From: Perkinsus chesapeaki ATCC PRA-425 | Taxonomy: Eukaryota; Protista; Perkinsozoa | Direction: 5' to 3' | Length of the DNA: 64,000 nt | Assembly (NCBI GenBank): GCA_013115145.1 | Contig: JAAPAO010000022.1 | Span: 1-64,000, forward strand | Shown here: positions 45,701 to 54,745 of the stretch, in pieces | Layout: every line of letters begins with the position of its first letter | How positions within the stretch are numbered: position 1 is the first letter of the stretch | Translations under genes and position numbers: made by a program | The notes under the pieces: generated by a model | Databases searched by the model: none | What the model was told of the DNA's origin: nothing | The model's input: the letters and a program-made list of their open reading frames with translations, nothing else

Positions 45701-48700
45701 GGGCCACCAGATTGAATTAATCCTATCCAACTAGGTTGAGTTATAATCCCCTTCTCCCCTCCAATGCAACACTACAAGCTTCCATTGCTTTCTCCGCTGC
45801 ATACTGCTGTACTATATCCAATGTACCATCATCCGCATCTTTATTATCAAAGCCAGTAACAACTTGAACCTTTAATAAAAGATACGCATTGTCGCACTAT
45901 AAAGATTCCTTTCCTACCACTCTAAACCACACATCTTCACTCACAGATTCTGGACTGTACTCCAACATTTTGAAAACGACATCGACATACCAAGTCGGAT
46001 CAGGAGCGTTCACCTCTGCCAAAATGGCTATCTTTAGTATCTGAATCAGTATCAGTAAACCAAGATCAATGGAAGAATCTCTCGTGCTTCCATAGTAGTA
46101 GTTTCACTTCCCTCACCGGCAGTGCGGCTGCCCATGAGGTTGATATACAATGAAAGCTTTGTTGGACTGTGAGTGTTAAGAGAATATTCTACTTTTAAAC
46201 CGCATTACAATCACCAAATAATATATAAATAATAAATAGCATAAATAATAATAATAATCGATAATACAATATTGTGTAACACAATAACGGCAAATAGTCA
46301 TCATACTCAACGTGCTCCTAATACAGCTTTTATCAATCCGAGAGAGAGCTACGTCGAAGGAGATATACTATAATCCATTTCCAACATAAGCCTCTTTTAG
46401 TGTACAAGTCCGTTGAATCCAATGCCTCCCTCCCCCCATCCTTACCAGTTCCTCATGTATCCCAGCAGCTGCGCTTGGCTCACTCTCCCGGAATTTATCG
46501 ATACTTGATGGCGCTGGACGGGGACCAGCTAAAGGACAACACACAGTTGAAACAGTTGAGCAACTACAAGTACTGATAAGATACCACCCATTGGTCGCAC
46601 TATTACTGGTAATAATTCAATATTACTTATCACACCAGCGGCGCATCATGGGCTACAATTTGGACGCATTGAAAGAATGGAATACCACACCCTCCAGCCT
46701 CCCCTCTCTTCGCGTTAGAAGAAATGTCGGAGATTTATATCAAAGCTACGCATCAACCTAAGGATTCTCGTAAAGGGTCAGATTATGGTCCCAAGTGGGA
46801 CTGCCAGCCAAGCAGCTATCCCCAAAGTGAGGAAGTGCAGCTCCGCTAGGTAGTGAGATAATACGTGATCTAAGCCAGGACCGCTTATCTTGAAGGATAA
46901 TGAATTCCGAGCCATGTCAAAGTTGCGCAGATCCGTTAGCCACTTCGCTGCTTTCCCAGTCTATTACATGTACTAGCCAGAGCCTCTAGGAGCTCATCCA
47001 CAATAACTTGCCAGTTGCTTGGGTTACATATAGCGTAGAGAAGATTCAATGCCTGTCGCTGAATGGAGGGGTCGCTTTCGTGCAGCTGTTTTACTATAAC
47101 GGTCTTATACCTGACCATCGACCCCTAGACCCTTGGTTCGAATCCCATAACCATCACTACTTATCAAAAAGATTAAGTTGATGTACCCAATCTAGATGAG
47201 GACCACTCCCTTTACTTGTCATCGAGCTGCTCGCTGCCGTAGCCATCCTCGCCATAGCGTCCATTGCAAGATATCGGATATTAGCCTCCTTAGAGGATAT
47301 AAACCCACCTAAGACACACCACTGCACCCCTAACCCTACATCCCCCCTCCGCAGTAGTACTACTACCAAGCAGTTGGACGCAGGTGCGGCGATTATCAGC
47401 GTTGCATTCGTCGCCGAGATGGATTATGAGATTAGTTGCCTCAAACAACACTCCATTCTCAGCATTGGAACGATTCACTCTTTCCGCGTCGGCCCTACTG
47501 GATCCGCGGTTCTTTTTAAGCGGTCCTAAAATCCAGGCCGTGGGGTTCGAACCCGGGATCTATACTGAACTACCCTTCTTTGAAGACGCCTTAGGGATGG
47601 ATTGATCCTGGATTTCCATTACAGCCTTGCCTAGTATCTAAGCTTCAAGCGTGCTCATCACATTATCGAAAAGACTCTCTGTACTCTTCCCAAAACTTCG
47701 TTAAGTCTGTATATGATGGCATCATCGAAGCACGTCATAACCGGGAAGAACTGTAGGCATCGAAGAAGCTTCGCCTGTAGAGAAATAAAATGCCTTCAGC
47801 GTGGATCGAACCCGGGGCCTTTCGATTACTACCTGTAGCCACGGTGCTGGTACTCTATAGTAAACATAATGGCTCGGACACTCCCCAGTGACCATCGCCG
47901 AAAGCGCCACGACAATTCCAGGTATAGCTGGAGTCCACTCTACCGGTGGAGTCGTTCCTACACGTGACCTCAAGTCGACCTATTTCGTATCTTTCAACCT
48001 TCTACCTGCTTCCAAGATGCCACCCAACAGACCCGCCGCCGCCGTCAGCATCCCCACATCCTTCTCGTTGCTAAGTATGTCATTTATCTTATGGGACCAT
48101 TCCTCGGCCGACATAAGATCTTCAGGACCTGTCTCCCGGTATCTTACGCACTATAAAGATTTTCAATATTACTATCAACTTCCCTGTAAAACCGCAACAG
48201 GCACATACAAGCCTTCCTTTGTACATACAAAGTAGCTCCAGTGTTCTTATCGAGAAGCCTAACAGCAGCAGCAAGCACTAAGCACCGTCAATATTAGACT
48301 CAACTCCCCTTGAAAAAGAGCTAATACGCTTTGGAATGCTAGTGGGCGAATATACAGCAGAAACCTCCATATTTTCCCCGTGTACTCCGCCCCGGACATT
48401 TGATATTCCCAACTCGCTTCTAGATGGTGCGGCATACAGGCGATACCCCTCCTACTACTACCTTGCAACATCCCTGTATAGGTTTTCAGCGAACTCGGAC
48501 CCACCAGTGTTCGCGATACAATTGAGCGCCAGTGCCTGGACATGCTCATTGTTGCTGGCAATATCAGCCTTGCAGGCATTCACTATCAACCGCAGGACCT
48601 GAACGAATTACAGATGTACTGGCCGCGCGGATAAGGCAGAAGGCTTTCATCCCATAGATCCCCGGGTCGAATCCCTCTTATTACATCATTATTATCCTGT

Positions 48701-49232
48701 AGTAGTAAGGAGCAAGCTATATAACCTGCATTCTTTTCACTGTATTTAGTAGAGCTGATCAAACACCATGATAAAACCTATTAAACTACGTATCCCATTT
48801 CACCTGCATAAATTAACAGCTTGTATGTGACCAAAATCTATATCATAACCCAGCATATAAGCATAGATCAACTTCCATACATACTTCTTTTCATCGTACC
48901 TGATAACAGTAATCTTTATTACGACTATATATCATAATCAAGCCTTCACAGCGATTTTTATTGTTTAATGCCGTGTTGTCCACCACCACCACCAACAACT
49001 ATATAGTGTACTCCCCCTCCCTATAGTACCCTTTAAGCCCTTTAGGACTGGCAAACTTAGTACGAATCTTAGCTAGTTCCTTTTCAACTCTTTGATTCTC
49101 CGCCTCCTTATTAGGGCAGTTCCTAATGTATTGTTATTATTTATATTATTAATGCCACTATCACCTTATATCCGATACAAATACAGTGAGGCCCTTCATG
49201 GACCCGCTGTTCCCTATAGGAAGCCCCGGCAT
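42760..49232 (-). CDS. AP2A: AP-2 complex subunit alpha (alpha-adaptin), many exons
   Basis: [124 protein letters not shown]-terminal [20 protein letters not shown]. Confidence 0.95.
47111..47160 (+). pseudogene. tRNA 3'-fragment, antisense within an AP2A intron
   Basis: Plus strand AGACC-CTTGG-TTCGAAT-CCCAT-AACCATC-A has variable loop/T-arm/acceptor spacing; the 50-nt GT-AG intron is on the minus strand. Confidence 0.6.
47526..47573 (-). pseudogene. tRNA-derived sequence forming an AP2A intron
   Basis: GTAGTTCAG...AGATC-CCGGG-TTCGAAC-CCCAC-GGCCTGG-A-TTTT-AG. Confidence 0.7.
47775..47832 (-). pseudogene. tRNA-Thr(AGT)-like 3' half forming an AP2A intron
   Basis: GT-AGT-AA-TCGAA-AGGCC-CCGGG-TTCGATC-CACGC-TGAAGGC-A-TTTT: exact canonical spacing from anticodon loop to discriminator. 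Confidence 0.8.
48616..48676 (+). pseudogene. Degenerate tRNA (TTC anticodon-like loop), antisense within AP2A intron 48599-48684
   Basis: TGGCCGCGCGGATAAGGC (D-arm-like), GG-CTTTCAT-CC anticodon loop, AGATC variable loop, CCGGGTCGAATCCC T-arm. Confidence 0.65.
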
Positions 49233-49682
49233 ATCTTAACGGTACAAAAAAACTACATAATATCTTAGCTCCATCCGGTGAAGATTCACGACAGCTTGAT
49301 CAGCAAATTGAGGATTAACCCGCCAAACAACAGATGAGGGAAGATGCCTTAACATGAATTCGGGCGCGCGCGCAAGATTTATAGCGGAGCGGAGCTGCGA
49401 TTTCCCTCTTCACTCGGGAAAATGACGTGTTCATTGATCGCGTGCTGCAAGCCTGGCTCGGCAAGTAGATCCGTATCGCATCGGTCATCAGCTTCAAATC
49501 ATCGGTTATCATCTAGAAGGATTACGTAAGAATCTGGAGTTGACCCTGAAGGATAAGACGAAGAAAAGATTTATTGAAAATGGCCTTTATTGTGAATAAT
49601 TACTTGGGACTTTTTGACACACTCAAATTCATCGTCATCTACATGGCCTTGCAGTGTTGTTCTGGAAGTTAGCCCGCTCCAA

Positions 49683-51200
49683 ATGGGGTCCGTCTATTCC
49701 TTCATCACTGGTGGGCCTCTAATAGCGGATATTGACTACACTGACACAACAACACCAACAACAACAACCAGCAGCAGCAACAACAGCAACAAAGATTCTA
49801 CCCCGAAAAACAACATCACTTTGCCAGCTGACTTCACAACGTGTAACACAATTGCCGTGATAGGGGGCGGTGCGATGGGATGTGCTGTCGCTTCATGGCT
49901 TGCTATATTGGGGAATACTGTAAGGATCCTGAAGCTGCTGGTTCTTACCCCCTTGTATATTAGGTATACTTGATAGAGTGCAGTACGCCACCCTCTGTTG
50001 TTGAAGAGAGGGTCAAGGCGAATCTACGACAAGCTTGGGGGATCTGTAGCGCGGTTTGGCCAGATCTTAACCTCACACGGGACGGCCGCCCCGGCACTAA
50101 AGATTCCTGTGAACCTGAAGCTGCCGCGATCGATGCCAGTTCCGATACTGAGGGTTCTGGCCGGAATATCGATGACATTTTTGGAACGCTCGAGGAGTGC
50201 AGCGGTAGAGTGCACTGGTGAGTATATGAAGATGAAGTATAACCTTTTCATGCTCGGTTTGACAGCTATAATGCGTCGAGTCTCGACAAAGTGGTAAAAG
50301 ACTGTAAAGTAGCCATCGAGGTGATTTCTGAAGATTTGAAAAAGAAGGCACAACTTTTTATGGAATTGAGGAAAGCCAGTAGTCTTATTATTCCATTCAA
50401 CCTCAATGGTATCTTTCCATCATCAACCTCAGATCCTAATATGTTATTGACTACCAATTCATTGTCACATTCTCCTTTGGATATATCGCGGAGTGCGGGC
50501 TTCCAGGAGGGTGATGTTATTGGCCTGCGATGGCTATGGCCCATTTGTTGGATACCTCTTGTTGAACTCACTAGTAAGCAAGATCACTTATAAGTAGTTT
50601 GTATTCATCATCATCCTCCTCCTCCTTTCTCAGCTCCTTGTATCGAAGCTCTGTCCTATAAGGCAAGCCTTGCATTTGTGAGATCCCAAGGTTTAATTGG
50701 CTACTCAACAATATCGTTACATCGCTGGCGTATGCCTATTCACGACACCGATGCATTATTCGACTTTTTCAAGTTTTCCGTGCAAAGAACAGCACGGTGG
50801 AAGCTGAAGCTTGGAGGTATCTTGCGCCCTTCTCACCGCTCGTCCAAGCGCCGCTTTTGCTGATGCTGCTCCTTCTTCTTCAGACATCCCAAACTCCTTT
50901 ATAGCTGCTACAGATTTGTGTGTGGCTTGTCTTTCGCAACCTCCGGAGATTATTAATGTTGGGGCATGTGCCCATCTGTGCTTGTGCGAGCAATGCGCAA
51001 TAGAACTATGGCGAAGGTACACCCCTATTAATCCATCTCCTAAGCTCACACCCGCCATCCCTTCTATTAGGTCATGCCCACGTATCTGTAATATAGGGCA
51101 CTCTGTTGGACCATCCTGCCCGCTATGCCGTAGGCCTCTTCAACCCGGTAAACTGCTGCTCGACGCTGAGCACTATAGGCTTGTTGCTCCTAACTCATGA
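49683..51200 (+). CDS. Myristoylation-motif protein: 3-hydroxyacyl-CoA dehydrogenase NAD-binding fold fused to a C-terminal RING finger
   Basis: MGSVYS start; IAVIGGGAMGCAVASWLAILG (GxGxxG), VKDCKVAIEVISEDLKKKAQLF, LLTTNSLS, GLRWLWP; then CVACLSQPPEIINVGACAHLCLCEQCA...CPLCR. Confidence 0.7.
49920..49963 (+). pseudogene. Degenerate tRNA-Tyr-like 3' half forming an intron
   Basis: GTAAGGATCCTGAAGCTGCTGGTTCTTACCCC aligns loosely with eukaryotic tRNA-Tyr GTAGATCCTTAGGTCGCTGGTTCGAATCC; T-loop degraded. Confidence 0.4.
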
Positions 51201-51388
51201 GCACATCTTGTACCTTTCGTTATCATTGGCCTCAATGGCGGCTAATCCTTTTATCGTCTACTCCTTTTCGGGAGAAATGTCCCATTTTCTGTGCGAATCT
51301 TTTCAAGTGTTCAGCACCACTTTCAAGCCCACAATAGTCTTTACGTTCCCAGCCGGCTTCTCAGTGCTCTGAGTCTTGTGTTGATCAT

Positions 51389-53113
51389 ATGCGGGGCGCC
51401 AAAATGCCGATGAGCATTTCCACAATGCTGAATGAACTCGAGCCGCTCACCACCGGCAACAGTACTAGCAGCAGTCGCTCCAAGGGACAACAGTCATACC
51501 TACATGAGAGTATCTTTGAGGTTGATTCCCGGCCACCCCAGCGACACGAGAGCTCGACTTTTAACTGGAGCTCATGCGGTGGCCTCCTACTCATCACCAC
51601 ATCATTTTGGCTGCTTGCTTGGAATGAGACTGTTAACTCCCCTCTAGAAGCCTCACTGGTCTACGCCTTCCATCATGCTCGGAATGCCTCTTGTGATTTT
51701 GTGGATGAGGCCAACACCGGTGACCTAGTCTGGCTTAGCTGTCCTGTCATATCGATGCCGATGCTTGCCGAGCTCGCTCCCTCAGATATACAATCAGCTC
51801 TGAGCCAGGCCGGTCTGGAGGCTCGTGGTACCCAGCTGGAGTGGACGGTAGAGATGCTGCAGTGGACTGAAGAGGAAGTGTGCCGAGGATCAACAAGGAG
51901 GAGCGAATGCCTTTATACCTACTCCAAGGAGTTCACACACGTCGACATCGACCCAACTCACTTTTATTGTGCGACCAAGATACGCACCGGTTGCTCCACT
52001 CTCGCCCCATCTGAGCGTCCTCCAGTGCGCCTGGCGCAACTGGGCCGCCCCGAGACCCTTCATGGGATTGTGAAGGCTCCTGAGGACTCCGTGGTGATCG
52101 GTAACCCGAGGAACGGTTATGTGCTAAACTCCGCTTTGGCCGACCAGATCTCTGGTAAAGCTCAAGTTCAGCTGATCGATCGGGAGGGAGCAGCTGCGCT
52201 TCTCGGTGCCGATCGTGACCTCTATGTCGACTTCACACTCAACGAGTCATTTGCCCAGACATATGTGGCTTCGCCGAGGATTGGTGATCTCCGTTTGAGA
52301 GTGTCGGTATCATCGGCAGACTTCGTATCTTTGGTTGCCAAGCAAGAGCTCTCTGGCCACCTGGGTCCCTATTCCATACCCGGCCTCAGACGCTCTCTAC
52401 CTGTCGAATGGCTTATCGATGGCCGCCACGCAGATCTCCACTCTTTGTTGAAGCACCATAGTAAAGCGGACTTTGCCTGGTTCTGGCGCTTCATGGGCAT
52501 TTTGTTCCTCTGGCTGGGTGCTGCCCTTCTACTCTCCCCCCTTGGGGAGACAGAGCCCGCATGTATGGCCGTCCTGTGCGTGGCCTGTTTTGCCGGTGCT
52601 GTCCTATCAGCCCTCCTTGCCGCTGTTGGCATTGGTCTCTTCGCCTCTTTCCCTTTTGAACTTTTAGTAGCTACTCTCGGCGTCGTCGGTGCCGGTATCT
52701 CCTGGCGCGCTTATAAGGCCAGTTGGCTCGACCGTGCCCACTACTACCAATACTACTACGGCGGTCTCTATGATGATGCCTCCTCCCCTGTGGCCGGTGA
52801 AATGCCTCTCATCAGAGCAGCCGCCTCGGTGACCCAGGAGGACCCGTACTGGTTTGAGCGTCGCTTGGATAACAGATGTATCGAATCGAGCGATGATGAA
52901 GATGACGACGAATATCAAGAGACAGGTGAGACCATGGCATCTCTAACATCGCCGAATTTTTTGCAAAAAGGAATCAACCAAGGATTGCCCATTTTGGGAG
53001 TTACGCTTAGGTGTAATCAGTCCAAGACTAGTTTTGTTTCAGATGGTCTGTCCAAAGATACTAACAGTCGACCTTCGCGGTATCTTCCGCGCATCGACCC
53101 TCCCAGTGAGTAA
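51389..53113 (+). CDS. TMEM43: TMEM43/LUMA (DUF1625) family membrane protein
   Basis: Intronless 574 aa ORF: N-terminal TM ending LAWNE, DEANTGDLVWLSCPV, VEMLQWTE, YTYSKEF...DIDPTHF, PRIGDLRLRV, VSLVAKQ, C-terminal TM cluster. Confidence 0.8.
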   Translation: MRGAKMPMSISTMLNELEPLTTGNSTSSSRSKGQQSYLHESIFEVDSRPPQRHESSTFNWSSCGGLLLITTSFWLLAWNETVNSPLEASLVYAFHHARNASCDFVDEANTGDLVWLSCPVISMPMLAELAPSDIQSALSQAGLEARGTQLEWTVEMLQWTEEEVCRGSTRRSECLYTYSKEFTHVDIDPTHFYCATKIRTGCSTLAPSERPPVRLAQLGRPETLHGIVKAPEDSVVIGNPRNGYVLNSALADQISGKAQVQLIDREGAAALLGADRDLYVDFTLNESFAQTYVASPRIGDLRLRVSVSSADFVSLVAKQELSGHLGPYSIPGLRRSLPVEWLIDGRHADLHSLLKHHSKADFAWFWRFMGILFLWLGAALLLSPLGETEPACMAVLCVACFAGAVLSALLAAVGIGLFASFPFELLVATLGVVGAGISWRAYKASWLDRAHYYQYYYGGLYDDASSPVAGEMPLIRAAASVTQEDPYWFERRLDNRCIESSDDEDDDEYQETGETMASLTSPNFLQKGINQGLPILGVTLRCNQSKTSFVSDGLSKDTNSRPSRYLPRIDPPSE

Positions 53114-53214
53114 TTTCTGGTAACATAATTTAGCCATGTAGAAGCCTTTCCACGGTACACTTGGCCATTGAGTTCCTTCAATACAAGAAACCCCCTCCGA
53201 AAGGATTACTGTTA

Positions 53215-54611
53215 ATGCTATCCACCACCGCATTCAGTCACACCATTGCTCGAAGGCTATTCGCCTCAGCAACATCAGGGGCGGCGGCGACGGCCATGGC
53301 CCCTCGTATAGTAGCACTCGACGCGGCTACGTTGAAGTTGCCCAGTGACGCTTGGAGGAGCCTCAGCGCCCTCGGTGACCTTTCTCTCTATGAGGACACG
53401 ACCACACCGGAACAGGCTATCGACAGAGCGAAGGTGAGCACATGCGTGCAACTTCTTCATACCACACTCCTCTCAAATCAGGATGCCGATATACTACTCA
53501 TCAACAAGGTTCCGCTGGGTCCCGATGTCCTCGGCCATCTTCCATCGCTGAAGATGATCAGTGTCATGGCAACAGGTCTCGTGGTCCACCCCGGAATATC
53601 GGTCTTACTGTGCTTTTGCTGCTGCCCTGCTAGGTTACGATAACATCGACATCCGTTCCTTGAAGTCCGGGCAGATAGTCTCCAACGTGCCAGATTACAG
53701 CACTAACTCGACGGCCCAGCAGACCGTGGCTCTCATATTAGAAATATGCAACAGTGTCGGTATGCATAATGCTGCAGTTCACGCTGGCGAGTGGTCCAAG
53801 GAGGGCCTCTTCTGGTACGTGAGGCCCTTCTTCTCCATATATTATATCACGGTCAGGTTCCGCAAGCACGAGATGCTCGAACTTGGCCCGGAGGTTACTA
53901 TCGGTATAGTGGGCCTGGGTACCATTGGCACAAGGTAGCTGCTGTCTCCCAGCGCCGCCGTTCATTCGAAGCTATCTGTGCTGCTGTTAGAGTCTACGAG
54001 CTGCTGCGTCCCTTCGGATGCCAGTTCCTGGCGTGGTCACCGGACACTAGGAAGGAGCTTCCTCAACTAGTTTATACCGATGATGTTGGTGAACTATTCC
54101 AGAGATCCAGTAAGAGCTATTTCAGAACAGGGCGTATCTTGCTGTGCATGCGTGCATAATATCAGACCTGGTTACACTTCACTGCAAGCTAACTCAACAG
54201 AACTACGGTTTCGTAAATGGTCCCCTCCTGCACCGAATGCAGCCTGGCTCAATCCTAGTCAACGCGGCAAGAGGCGCGCTAGTCAACGAACAAGACCTAG
54301 CCGATGCCCTCAAGTAACAGTACCACCAATAACGTCACTATTGTTTGTCAGTTGCGGTCACCTTGCAGCTGCAGCAGTTGATGTGGTTTCTCATGAGCCT
54401 ATAAATGACACTAACCCATTGCTTCAAGCCAAGAACTGCATTATAACCCCTCACATGGCGTGGTAGGTATATCCCCACCGCCGCTACCGTTCTAGAGGTA
54501 TTCTTGCTTAGGACCGCCCCTGAGGCTCGTCAACGCTGCCTGGCCATCGCCACCAGCAACGTAGAGGCCTTCCTGAGCGGCAATCCATCAAACGTTGTTG
54601 CCTCCGGTTGA
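53215..54611 (+). CDS. hprA: D-2-hydroxyacid dehydrogenase (glycerate dehydrogenase/hydroxypyruvate reductase-like) with mitochondrial-type presequence
   Basis: DADILLINKV, ISVMATGYDNIDI, VSNVPDYSTNSTAQ, TIGIVGLGTIG, AAAVDVVSHEP, KNCIITPHMAW; N-terminus MLSTTAFSHTIARRLFAS is R/S/A-rich and acid-free. Confidence 0.88.
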
Positions 54612-54745
54612 GGGGAACATTTCAAGTAAAATGTCGTGCAGACATCTGTGACCCTTACTAACTTTTTGTGTCTTATTTCTCATCTTTTCATCGAATTGTG
54701 TTGTCAATCTCCTCAAAGCTCCTCTCGTAGCTAATACTACTCACA

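Noticed and set aside
47526-47612. Apparent full tRNA-Leu (TCCAGG...CTAAGGCG...CCTGGA) spanning exon and intron
   Set aside because: The 5' part is AP2A coding sequence in frame ([14 protein letters not shown]), the D-arm and anticodon arm do not form, so only the intronic part is retained as tRNA-like.
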